NCBI GenBank assembly: GCA_003228125.1
Contig: QGNP01000001.1
Coordinates: 1,261-65,260 of the forward strand
Length of the DNA stretch: 64,000 nt
DNA from: Chloroflexota bacterium
GTDB taxonomy: Bacteria; Chloroflexota; Dehalococcoidia; UBA2979
Reading direction: 5' to 3'
Part shown: in pieces, positions 29,579-38,790 of the stretch
Position numbering within the stretch: position 1 is the stretch's first letter
Layout: every line of letters starts with the position of its first letter
Made by a program: the position numbers and the translations under genes
The notes under the pieces: generated by a model
The model's input: the letters and a program-made list of their open reading frames with translations, nothing else
Told to the model about the DNA's origin: nothing
The model's database searches: none

Positions 29579-29869
29579 ATGAAGTCATGGTTAGATAATA
29601 AAAATGCATCAGGCGGTGATGAACTTGATGTAAATACAATATATTCAATTAATTTAGCATATAAATTAATCAAGAGATTTCCAAAATTAGAAAAAAGACA
29701 CAGAGTTGTTGCTGGAGGATTGGCCGTTTCTTCTGCATTGATAATTCTTGCAAGTATTGCAATTTCTAAAAGAATAAAAAAAGGTGAAAATATTAAGACT
29801 GCATTAAATTCTATTTCTGAACCAGAAATAGAAGAAATGAAATTGAAAAAAAAGAATAAAAAGACGTAA
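29579..29869 (+). CDS. Hypothetical single-TM protein at the end of the rib operon
   Basis: Starts 1 bp after the ribH stop; one hydrophobic segment. Confidence 0.6.
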   Translation: MKSWLDNKNASGGDELDVNTIYSINLAYKLIKRFPKLEKRHRVVAGGLAVSSALIILASIAISKRIKKGENIKTALNSISEPEIEEMKLKKKNKKT

Positions 29870-29875
29870 TTTTAA

Positions 29876-29924
29876 TTTAGAATTATTTTAGAAATATTTT
29901 AGAATTATTTTAGAAATATTTTAG
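29876..29924. repeat. Tandem 11-bp repeat TTTAGAA(T/A)TAT x4.5 upstream of dnaN
   Basis: Alternating units tttagaattat/tttagaaatat read directly. Confidence 0.9.
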
Positions 29925-30013
29925 CTAAGTTGCTCGATAAGGCTACAGCCCTTATACTCTTGATGCTAATGTGTTAACTCACTTTAACAAATATTATTAT
30001 TTTTTGGTTATTT

Positions 30014-31138
30014 ATGAAGTTTACTTGCGATCAAGACAAACTACAAAAAGCATTGAGTGCTGTTTCAAGAGCAATACCAAATCGCTCTTCTTTGCCAATA
30101 ACTAATCATATATTAATTGATGCTGGAAACAATGAAATTGTTATTTCTGCAACTGACGCAGAAACTATGGCTATAACATATTCTTTGCCAGCAAATGTAG
30201 GTGAAATGGGAGCATTGGCACTTCCTTCACGATTGCTTACAGACTTTATTAGCTCTTTACCACCTGATATAATAAATTTTGGTAAAAATGCTGATTCTTA
30301 TCAAGCACTACTTACTTGTGCAAAAAATAAATCTTCAATTGAAGGAATTAATCCATCAGAATTTCCACCAATACCAAAAAATACTGGTTCTACCCAATTT
30401 AAATTGTCCGCAAGTAAATTCAAAAATGCAATTGCAAAGGTTGTTTTTTCTGCTGCTACTGATGATTCACGACCTATATTAATGGGAGTCCAATTCTTAA
30501 TTCAAGATAGCAAGCTTACTCTTGCAGCTGCTGATGGATTTAGATTGTCTGTCTGTAAAATTAAATTGGACACCGATCAAACTGCTACCTCTTTTGTAGT
30601 ACCTGCAAGAGCATTAAGTGAGCTTGGTAAATTATTAGTTGAATTAGGTGACAATCAATTTACTATGACTGTTAATGAACAAAATACACAAGTTGAATTT
30701 GATCTAGGTTTTTCTAGAATGGTTTCTCAGTTGTTACAAGGGACTTTTCCTAAATATGATCAATTAATTCCAGATGATTGGAAGACAAAAATTACTATTT
30801 CTGCTAAAGAATTTATTCGCGAAACAAAAATTGCATCAATATTTGCAAGAGACGGGAGTGGGATTATTCGATTACATGCAGAGGCATCTTCTGGTAAATT
30901 ACAAATAATGGCTAAGGCTGAAGAATTAGGCAATAATGAAAGTGAACTAATAACAGAAATACAGGGTGATGATTTAAAAATAGCATTTAACAGCAGGTAT
31001 TTAATGGATATTTTACAAATTTTAGAAAATGGAATGTTAATAATTGAAGGTTCATCGCCTCAAAGTCCAGGTGTCATTAAATCTGCTGATCATGAAGATT
31101 TTATTCATGTAGTGATGCCTATGTTTGTGCAGTGGTAG
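30014..31138 (+). CDS. dnaN: DNA polymerase III beta sliding clamp
   Basis: ATD, EFPPIP, SRPILMGV, AADGFRL, G.FP.Y..LIP, IAFNSRYL, VVMPM. Confidence 0.97.
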   Translation: MKFTCDQDKLQKALSAVSRAIPNRSSLPITNHILIDAGNNEIVISATDAETMAITYSLPANVGEMGALALPSRLLTDFISSLPPDIINFGKNADSYQALLTCAKNKSSIEGINPSEFPPIPKNTGSTQFKLSASKFKNAIAKVVFSAATDDSRPILMGVQFLIQDSKLTLAAADGFRLSVCKIKLDTDQTATSFVVPARALSELGKLLVELGDNQFTMTVNEQNTQVEFDLGFSRMVSQLLQGTFPKYDQLIPDDWKTKITISAKEFIRETKIASIFARDGSGIIRLHAEASSGKLQIMAKAEELGNNESELITEIQGDDLKIAFNSRYLMDILQILENGMLIIEGSSPQSPGVIKSADHEDFIHVVMPMFVQW

Positions 31139-31190
31139 TTTGTATTTGCGGGGGTTAATTGATTAATTAATAAAGATTAGTTGGTTGCCT

Positions 31191-32648
31191 ATGAACAGAA
31201 GAAATTTTTTAAAATCAGCATCGCTTTCAAGCTTTGGTTTATTCCTTGACCCTAATAGTATATTTAGGAAACCATCTAATAAAAACTTGCAGAATTCTTT
31301 TCAATCTTTAATAAAGCATGAAGGTCCGCATGATCGTTTATCTATGACGAATCAAAAACACTTACTTTGGGTATGGCAATTTAGTGAAGATGGTACAAAA
31401 TATGAAATTAGAGATAATTTAGTAAAGTATAATTTAGGAATTGTACTCAAAACTCATGATGGAACGGATTGGATGTCAGAATTTGATCCATCTCCTGATG
31501 GCATTGATGGGCCAGATAAAATACATGAAATGTCTCAATTTTTTGAATCAGCTGGTGTTCCGTTTCATACATGGTCAGTTCCTCATGGAATTGAACCACT
31601 TAAAGAAGCTGAAATGACATTATTGGCACATGCAGCAGGTTCAAGGAGTATTTATTTAGACGTTGAAGATGCTGGTGGGTTTTGGAGAGGCACTTCTAAA
31701 GCAGCACAAATCTATGGTAATAAATTAAGAAATGTTTCTCCTGATATGAGAATTATCACAAGTATTGATGGCAGACCTTGGAATATTGATTCAATTCCTA
31801 TTGATGAATTTGCTTCTTTTAGTGATGTTTTAGCTCCTCAACTATATTGGAAAACTTTTGGAACTTGGGATAATATTTACACATATAACTATCATGGCTA
31901 TCAAGTTCCAGAAATTGGAGTTACGCCTAGTTTTATTGTACAAAGTGCATATAAAAAGTTAGAAAAATATAACATGCCAATTCAACCAGTTGGTGAAGGA
32001 AGTGCAAATAATGCAATGGAATGGAGTGAATTTATTCAATCCTCATTAGCAAGAAATGCTGAAAGTGTTTCTGCATGGAGATATGGAACAATGAGTACAA
32101 ATATTATGAATTTAATGTCTAATAATGATCCCTTACCTAAATTTTATTCAATAACTAGTGGTGATTCTTTGTTTGACTTAAGTCAACAATGGGGAGTTAA
32201 TGTAGATACAATTGTTGATTGGAATCAACATATTTTTAATCCTAATATTTTATCAATTGGACAAGTTATCAGAATACCTGACGGTAATCATCCGATGCAA
32301 AAAGAGGTGAAGCACACTGTTCAATTTGGAGAAAATTTATCTATTATTGCTGAAAATTGGGGAACAGATTTAAAGAATATCATTGATTACAATCAAATTA
32401 TTAATCCGAATCAGATTTATGTTGGTGATGTGATTAAGATTCCACTAGATAATTACTCTAAAGATATAGATAATTCAACAGTTATCATAAATAAAAAAAA
32501 TCAAACACATAAAATTAGTGATGGTGATAATTTATGGGATATATCAAATAAATGGAATGTAAGCATAGAAAAAATTATCAATCATAATAATATTTTTGAT
32601 CCTAACTTAATTCAAATTGGTTCAATATTAAAAAATCCAAATTATTAA
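31191..32648 (+). CDS. Tat-exported glycoside-hydrolase-like protein with three C-terminal LysM domains
   Basis: NRRNFLK twin-arginine motif; YLDVE motif; LysM repeats (GDSLFDLS...GQVIRIP; GENLSIIA...GDVIKIP; GDNLWDIS...GSILK). Confidence 0.85.
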   Translation: MNRRNFLKSASLSSFGLFLDPNSIFRKPSNKNLQNSFQSLIKHEGPHDRLSMTNQKHLLWVWQFSEDGTKYEIRDNLVKYNLGIVLKTHDGTDWMSEFDPSPDGIDGPDKIHEMSQFFESAGVPFHTWSVPHGIEPLKEAEMTLLAHAAGSRSIYLDVEDAGGFWRGTSKAAQIYGNKLRNVSPDMRIITSIDGRPWNIDSIPIDEFASFSDVLAPQLYWKTFGTWDNIYTYNYHGYQVPEIGVTPSFIVQSAYKKLEKYNMPIQPVGEGSANNAMEWSEFIQSSLARNAESVSAWRYGTMSTNIMNLMSNNDPLPKFYSITSGDSLFDLSQQWGVNVDTIVDWNQHIFNPNILSIGQVIRIPDGNHPMQKEVKHTVQFGENLSIIAENWGTDLKNIIDYNQIINPNQIYVGDVIKIPLDNYSKDIDNSTVIINKKNQTHKISDGDNLWDISNKWNVSIEKIINHNNIFDPNLIQIGSILKNPNY

Positions 32649-32678
32649 TTTTATACATAATTTTCTATCAATAATGAT

Positions 32679-32708
32679 TTAGTATTAGTATTAGTATTAG
32701 TTTTAGTA
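32679..32708. repeat. (TTAGTA)5 tandem repeat with one variant unit
   Basis: ttagta ttagta ttagta ttagtt ttagta, 13 bp before the next ATG. Confidence 0.9.
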
Positions 32709-32721
32709 GATTGTATTAATT

Positions 32722-33486
32722 ATGTGCTTTGATATTGATTCGTATCCGCCTATAAAGAAAATTTCTGGTGCCTCTGTTTTACACCAAGATTTAGTGCTGA
32801 GCTCTAAAGATGGGACAGAATTTGCTGCTTTTTATGCAGAAAGCAGTGAGCCTAAAGGTCCTGCTGTAATTATTTTACCAGATGTAAGAGGCTTGTATAG
32901 TTTTTATGAAGAATTAGCATTAAGATTTTCTGAAAATGGATATGATGCAATTGCTATTGATTATTTTGGAAGAACAGCTGGCATTAATAAGCGTGATGAT
33001 AATTTTGAATTTATGCCGCATGTTGCTCAGACTAAAGTCCAACAAGTTACTGAAGATGTTACTGCGGCAATTAATTCAGTTATGAAGAGGCCTAATTATG
33101 AAAATCGTAATATATTTACTGTAGGGTTTTGTTTTGGAGGTAGTTCATCATGGCTACAAGCTGCTGGTCAAAAAAGAATTAGCGGTGCTATAGGTTTTTA
33201 TGGGCATCCCAGTAGAGACAATCGAGATGGGACCCGAGGACCAATTTATCGAGTTGAAGAATTTAATGCTCCTATTTTAGCTTTGATGGGTGGAGCAGAT
33301 AAGGGAATACCCATCGAGGAAGTCAATAATTTTAGAATTGCTTTGGATAAAGCAACTATTGATAATGAAGTAATTATTTATGACAATGCTCCGCATTCTT
33401 TTTTTGACAGAAAGTTCGATGATTTTCAATCAGAATCTGAAGATGCCTGGAAGAAAATTTTAAACTTTATTATGAAAAATTCTTAG
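32722..33486 (+). CDS. Dienelactone hydrolase family protein
   Basis: GFCFGG nucleophile elbow, GGAD, APHSFF. Confidence 0.92.
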   Translation: MCFDIDSYPPIKKISGASVLHQDLVLSSKDGTEFAAFYAESSEPKGPAVIILPDVRGLYSFYEELALRFSENGYDAIAIDYFGRTAGINKRDDNFEFMPHVAQTKVQQVTEDVTAAINSVMKRPNYENRNIFTVGFCFGGSSSWLQAAGQKRISGAIGFYGHPSRDNRDGTRGPIYRVEEFNAPILALMGGADKGIPIEEVNNFRIALDKATIDNEVIIYDNAPHSFFDRKFDDFQSESEDAWKKILNFIMKNS

Positions 33487-33507
33487 TAATATTGAATAGG
33501 TGAATAA

Positions 33508-34404
33508 ATGTTATTTAGTGCTTGGCCAGCTCCTAGTAAATGGGAATATATGCTAAATGATTGGCAATATTTAGCGTCTAAAAATTGGGATGGTTTATGG
33601 ATGATGGATCATTTTATGGCTCCAAATAATCCACAAGACAATCCAGTTTCTGAATCATTCACCTCTATTGCTGCATTGGGTTCATTAATAGACAATGTAC
33701 GCATCGGAACTATGGTTGCAGGCAATACTTATCGTCATCCTGCTGTCTTGGCTAAGATGGCAGTAAATTTAGACCATATTACTAAAGGCCGTTTTATTTT
33801 AGGTATTGGATGTGGCTGGCAAGAATTAGAACACTCTGTTTTTGGTATTGATTTTCCTCCTATTAGCCAACGTGTCAAAATGTTAAATGAATCTGCTGAT
33901 ATACTAAGCAATCTATTAAGTGGGAATGAAGTTAATTTTTCTGGTGATTATTATAACTTATCTCAAGCGAAATTATCACCAGCCCCGTTGACTGATAAAA
34001 TTCCTTTATTAATTGGCGGAGGTGGAGAAAAAGTTACTTTAAAGACCGTTGCAAAATTTGCTGATGCATGGAATATATGGGCCTCTCCTTCTTTATTTGA
34101 AAGGAAATTAGCAGTACTAACTAAGCATTGTGAATTAATTAATAGAGACGTATCAGAAATTCACAAAACAGTTGCTATTAATATTTTATTTTCAGATGAT
34201 CGACAAAAAATTCAACAACTTAAAACGAACTCATGGTCATTGATAGGTGGAAATATTGACGAAATTACTCAAAGAATTGGCGAGTTTATAAATATGGGCG
34301 TTAATGAAATTATTGTAGCAGCTTATAATAAAGATTCTTATCAAAGAGTTAGCTTAGAGCAATTAGATATTTTTTCAGAAAATATTATTCCATTATTTAA
34401 TTAG
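33508..34404 (+). CDS. LLM-class, probably F420-dependent, oxidoreductase
   Basis: MDHF, GNTYRHPAVLAKMA..LDHI..GR..LGIG.GW, IGGGGEK.TL..VAKFADAWN. Confidence 0.9.
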   Translation: MLFSAWPAPSKWEYMLNDWQYLASKNWDGLWMMDHFMAPNNPQDNPVSESFTSIAALGSLIDNVRIGTMVAGNTYRHPAVLAKMAVNLDHITKGRFILGIGCGWQELEHSVFGIDFPPISQRVKMLNESADILSNLLSGNEVNFSGDYYNLSQAKLSPAPLTDKIPLLIGGGGEKVTLKTVAKFADAWNIWASPSLFERKLAVLTKHCELINRDVSEIHKTVAINILFSDDRQKIQQLKTNSWSLIGGNIDEITQRIGEFINMGVNEIIVAAYNKDSYQRVSLEQLDIFSENIIPLFN

Positions 34405-35677
34405 CTATTTTTATACATAATTGGGAAATTATAGAATATGTCATTTCGCATCCCAAATAAAAATTATCTATAGTAATGTATTCATCATGATTATGAAATC
34501 CGTTTCTTTCTTCAGCAGAAAATAATGATGGGATAAACCCATAGGCATTGATACCAATATTTCTTAAAAATCTATTATCAGTTGCATATGCAGATGTGAG
34601 TGGAAAAATTTTACTTTCTGGAAATTTTTTATTAATTGTTGATTGTATTATTTTGATTAATTCTGTATCCCATTCACAATTAATTTTCATATTTTTTTCA
34701 TCTGTTGAAATACTTTCTACTAATATTTCAGGATTATTTAATAATTTTTTAATCATTGTAATAAATCCTTCACGATTAATTGTACCAGGGAGCCTGCAAT
34801 CAAGAATTGCCTCTGCTTTTGATGGAATTACATTGTGTTTATTACCAGTATGGAGTTGTGTTATATTTATTGTTATTTGATTCATAGCAATGAGCTCTAC
34901 ATCATTAATTTTTTTATTTTCTTCAGCATTAAAAAACTGTTTATTTCCAGAAAATACGTGCTGATAGTTTGAATTGTGCCACTTATGTATTTTAGCTAAT
35001 GCATTAGTCAGTTTTAGAGGCGCATTGTTGAAATTTGGCTGACTGCCATGGCCAGTTTCTCCAAAAGTAGTTATTTTTAATTGACATATTTCTTTTTCAT
35101 TATTTGCAATTCCAAAGATAGGTTTATTATTGATTTCTATATCACTAAATCCGTAACCTCCTTCATTAAGAGAATATTCGATATTTAGTAATTCTGGCTT
35201 ATTTTTTATTAGCCACGACATACCATACATCGAACCTATTTCTTCATCTGGCACAAGACAAAAAATGACATCTCTATTTAGTACTTGATTATTTTTTTTG
35301 AGAAGAAGAAATGCAATGAATTGCATTATCGTGCAACTCTTCATATCTATAGCACCTCTACCATAGATTTTATTATTTCTTATTTTTCCTCCAAATGGCT
35401 CTATGCTCCATTTATCTTTTTCTACTGGCACAACATCAGAATGACTGCATAGCATTAATCCTTTTTTTGAATTATTTCCTTTAATTTTTGCATATAAGAT
35501 TTTACGTTTGTTTGCAGTTGTAAAAGTTTGAAATTCTATTTGATTGATCTTTAAGTGATATTCAAAAAAATCTGTTGCTAAAATTTCATTACCAGGTGGA
35601 TTTGAGGTATTAATTTTAAGATATTCTTGAAGCATTAATAATGCTTGTTTGTTTATTTTATTCCAATCCATTTTCAT
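34397..35677 (-). CDS. M20-family metallopeptidase/deacylase
   Basis: NPPGNE, SHSDVVP, GRGAIDMK, DEE, NEGG, TDNRF, FHNHDE. Confidence 0.92.
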   Translation of the reverse strand: MKMDWNKINKQALLMLQEYLKINTSNPPGNEILATDFFEYHLKINQIEFQTFTTANKRKILYAKIKGNNSKKGLMLCSHSDVVPVEKDKWSIEPFGGKIRNNKIYGRGAIDMKSCTIMQFIAFLLLKKNNQVLNRDVIFCLVPDEEIGSMYGMSWLIKNKPELLNIEYSLNEGGYGFSDIEINNKPIFGIANNEKEICQLKITTFGETGHGSQPNFNNAPLKLTNALAKIHKWHNSNYQHVFSGNKQFFNAEENKKINDVELIAMNQITINITQLHTGNKHNVIPSKAEAILDCRLPGTINREGFITMIKKLLNNPEILVESISTDEKNMKINCEWDTELIKIIQSTINKKFPESKIFPLTSAYATDNRFLRNIGINAYGFIPSLFSAEERNGFHNHDEYITIDNFYLGCEMTYSIISQLCIKIAN

Positions 35678-35762
35678 TTCTTAATTATAAAGGTAGTTTA
35701 TTAATTACAGCTATGGCGTAGTGTTATTGATCGCTATATTTATATTATTCATTGGAGTTAGC

Positions 35763-36146
35763 ATGTCAGAAATTAAAAGAATTTGTTGGGTAGGACTAGG
35801 TGTGCTGTGTGTCATTATTGGTGCTATTGGAGTTATTGTTCCAGGCTTGCCTACAACAGTTTTTGTTTTAATCGCTCTTTGGGCATTTGCTAAGTCTTCT
35901 CCACGATTGTATAGATGGTTACTTAATAATAAAATTTTAGCCGGTAGTGCAAAGAAGTTCATGGAAACAGGCACTATGACAACGAAATTAAAAACTATAA
36001 TTATTAGTTGCATTTTAATTTTTTGTTCTATCTCAATTCTTTTTATACTACCCCAAGGCTTAGTGACAATTAAGTCTATGATTTTTATTGTAGGAATCAT
36101 TGGAATTTTATATATCTTGCATATTCCAGTAGCTAAAGAAAAATGA
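35763..36146 (+). CDS. YbaN/DUF454 family membrane protein
   Basis: GAIGVIVPGLPTTVF.L.A...F.KSSPR...WL; GGAG precedes ATG 35763. Confidence 0.9.
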   Translation: MSEIKRICWVGLGVLCVIIGAIGVIVPGLPTTVFVLIALWAFAKSSPRLYRWLLNNKILAGSAKKFMETGTMTTKLKTIIISCILIFCSISILFILPQGLVTIKSMIFIVGIIGILYILHIPVAKEK

Positions 36147-36194
36147 TTTGAATTCCTATGTTATTTGTTGAATAATATATTTATAAAGTATAAA

Positions 36195-36270
36195 TGGTGC
36201 GCTCGGTAGGATTCGAACCTACGACCTGCGGATTAGAAGTCCGCTGCTCTATCCACTGAGCTACGAGCGC
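36195..36270 (-). tRNA. tRNA-Arg(UCU)
   Basis: GCGCTCGTAGCTCAGTGGATAGAGCAGCGGA-CTTCTAA-TCCGCAGGTCGTAGGTTCGAATCCTACCGAGCGCACCA. Confidence 0.97.
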
Positions 36271-36301
36271 ATAATAATTATCCATAGATAGAATATATTA
36301 T

Positions 36302-37252
36302 ATGAATATACATAATAATTTAACTGGTTCCAAGGTTCTAGTCACTGGTGGGCAAGGTTTTGTTGCTCAACATTTAAATTTAAGCCTATCTTCTATAGGA
36401 GCAAAAGTTTATACATTAGACATAATACCTCCTAAGCATTCATCCAATAATCCTAATGTTATTCAAATTACATCTGATATTCTTGATTTTGAAAGCATGG
36501 AATTAATTTTTAAAAAAATAAAACCTGATTTTGTTTTTCATTTAGCAGCTAAAGTTTCAGTTCTTGATTCAGAGAAATTTCCTGATGAATATATATTGAT
36601 TAATGAGGATGGGAGTGAAAATATTGCCACACTTTGTGCTCAGTATAATGTAAAGAAAGTTATTTTTTTCTCTACGGGCGGCGCTATGTATAATTATCAT
36701 TTTACTATTAATGAAAAAACAAAACCAAATCCTATATCTGTATATGGCAGGAATAAGCTTAATGCTGAAATAATAATGAATAAAATTCTATTAAAAAGCC
36801 ATAGTAATTTTTCGATTATTAGGCCTGCTAACATTTATGGCCCAAGTATTAATTATAATCATTGGAAACCTCATGGAGTTATAGATATTTTTATAAAAAA
36901 TATGATGGAAAAAAATGATGTTATAATATTTGGTGATTGTTCAAGAGATTATATATATGTTGAAGATGTTATTAAGATAGCTATAGCTACATTATTTTTA
37001 GACATTCCAATTGTTCTTGCTGGTTCTGGTAAAAGTATTAATACGAAAGATTTATTTCATAAAATATCTAAATATCTTCATTATGATTTAGATCCTATAA
37101 TAAAAAATATTCGTCATAATGAAGTTAAAAGTATAAGCTTTAATGTTGACAAAGTGATTGAAAGTTTATCAATAATGGACTTAGTATTACTTGATGAGGG
37201 TTTATTAAGAACCATTAATCAATTGAAAAAAAATTACAAGGATATTTTATAA
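36302..37252 (+). CDS. NAD-dependent epimerase/dehydratase (GalE-like)
   Basis: TGGQGFVA, FHLAA, STGGAMY, YGRNK, RPANIYGP, RDYIYVED. Confidence 0.9.
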   Translation: MNIHNNLTGSKVLVTGGQGFVAQHLNLSLSSIGAKVYTLDIIPPKHSSNNPNVIQITSDILDFESMELIFKKIKPDFVFHLAAKVSVLDSEKFPDEYILINEDGSENIATLCAQYNVKKVIFFSTGGAMYNYHFTINEKTKPNPISVYGRNKLNAEIIMNKILLKSHSNFSIIRPANIYGPSINYNHWKPHGVIDIFIKNMMEKNDVIIFGDCSRDYIYVEDVIKIAIATLFLDIPIVLAGSGKSINTKDLFHKISKYLHYDLDPIIKNIRHNEVKSISFNVDKVIESLSIMDLVLLDEGLLRTINQLKKNYKDIL

Positions 37253-38781
37253 TGAACAAAACTTTACGTGTTGCAGTAAAAACTACGCCTACAATTTTTG
37301 ATGTTGAACAACCTGCTGGCTTTGGTGACGATCTAGGGTCAGATTTATTTGGCAGTTTTTATGATCAATTAGTTTCTCCATCGACTTATTTTGACCCTAA
37401 GGGTTTTTCCCGATTAGATTGGCATAATTTGAAAAATGTCTTAGCAGAGAAATGGTGGTTTGCTGATGATAAATTGGCATGTTATTTTCAAATTAGAAAA
37501 AATATCATGAGTAAAGATGGCAATGAATTAACAGCTGATTCTGTGCTCTGGGGGTGGGAAAGAGCTTTTGCATTACGTGATGTTGGTAAATGGGTTGCAC
37601 GTCTTGGGTCAGTACAAGAATTTGAGAATATAGAAGTTGTTGATAAATATGTAATTAAATTTAACTTAACTTCACCTAATCCAGCTTTACCACGATTAAT
37701 GTGCCAGAATGCTCCTTCAGTTTATGACATTGAAATTTTGAAAAATAAATTAACCAAAGATGATCCATGGGGTAAAAATATAATATCATCGGAATCTTTT
37801 GGCTTTGGTCCATATATCTTTAGTTCTGTTACCAATGATACAGTGTCAATAAAGTCACATGAAAATTATTGGCAAGGAGCGCCATCTATAAAAAATATCG
37901 ATATGATACGTTATGACGATCATCAAAAATCAATAGATGCTCTTATGTCAGGTGAGATTGATCTTATGCCCGGAGTTTTAGATAAAGATCTTAGTACAAT
38001 TGCTAAAAATAATAATCTTACAGTTAATATGAATGCGATGCATGCAGGAATGTTTTTACATCTTGATCCTGAATTTCCCCCATTAAATGACATTAAAGTT
38101 AGGCAAGCTTTTGCCCATGCTATTCCAATTGATGATGTTATTGGACAGATTTATCAAGGCAATGTAGATCGATGGAATAGTTTTGTTAAAATTGAAAGTC
38201 CTGGCTACGATCACTCTACATGGCCATATGAATATAATATTAAAAAAGCAGTGCAATTGCTTCACTCATCATCTGCTCCAGATGGCTTTGAAGCAGATTT
38301 TTATGTATTTCCTGGTGATGGTTTTTTTGAATCTGCAAAATTTATTGCTAATTCTTTATCAGAAATAGGTATTAAATTAAATATTTTATCAGGTGATGAT
38401 GTTACTGATAGAAACAAACAAATGAGAGAAGAAGGACATGTTGCTCCAATTATGATGCGAGGAAGCACAGATGGTAGGGGGATGCGAGTTGCTGATCCAA
38501 TGTACGCTTTTTATCATGATTTTGGACCTGGGCGCATGCGGTTATTTCCATTTAGATATCACAATGAAGAATTTTTTAATGAATTGGCAAAATTGCCTCA
38601 AGTTGGACATGGACAACAATGGGTGCAGCAAGTAAAAAAATTACAAATACTATTGAATCAAGATGCTGTCATGATTCCTATATGTAATCAAATTTATAAG
38701 ATTGCCCATACAGTAAACATTGATGGTTGCAGACAACTACCTGACAATCGTTTGCCTTTTGGTGATATGCATTGGAAATAA
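37252..38781 (+). CDS. Family 5 (Opp/Dpp-like) ABC substrate-binding protein with no evident signal peptide
   Basis: LAEKW, G.ELTADSV..GWER, GFGPY, YWQGAP, L.SGEID, D.KVRQA..HAI, YN..KA..LL. Confidence 0.82.
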   Translation: MNKTLRVAVKTTPTIFDVEQPAGFGDDLGSDLFGSFYDQLVSPSTYFDPKGFSRLDWHNLKNVLAEKWWFADDKLACYFQIRKNIMSKDGNELTADSVLWGWERAFALRDVGKWVARLGSVQEFENIEVVDKYVIKFNLTSPNPALPRLMCQNAPSVYDIEILKNKLTKDDPWGKNIISSESFGFGPYIFSSVTNDTVSIKSHENYWQGAPSIKNIDMIRYDDHQKSIDALMSGEIDLMPGVLDKDLSTIAKNNNLTVNMNAMHAGMFLHLDPEFPPLNDIKVRQAFAHAIPIDDVIGQIYQGNVDRWNSFVKIESPGYDHSTWPYEYNIKKAVQLLHSSSAPDGFEADFYVFPGDGFFESAKFIANSLSEIGIKLNILSGDDVTDRNKQMREEGHVAPIMMRGSTDGRGMRVADPMYAFYHDFGPGRMRLFPFRYHNEEFFNELAKLPQVGHGQQWVQQVKKLQILLNQDAVMIPICNQIYKIAHTVNIDGCRQLPDNRLPFGDMHWK

Positions 38782-38790
38782 TTGATTCAT

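Noticed and set aside
29870-30013. oriC upstream of dnaN
   Set aside because: No dnaA and no TTATCCACA-type boxes are visible; only the AT-rich repeat remains, reported separately.
35711-36100. 129-aa minus-strand ORF
   Set aside because: Antisense to the YbaN-family gene, which has clear family motifs.
20403-36270. Prophage or integrative element at either tRNA
   Set aside because: No integrase, no duplicated tRNA 3' end seen, and the intervening genes are housekeeping.
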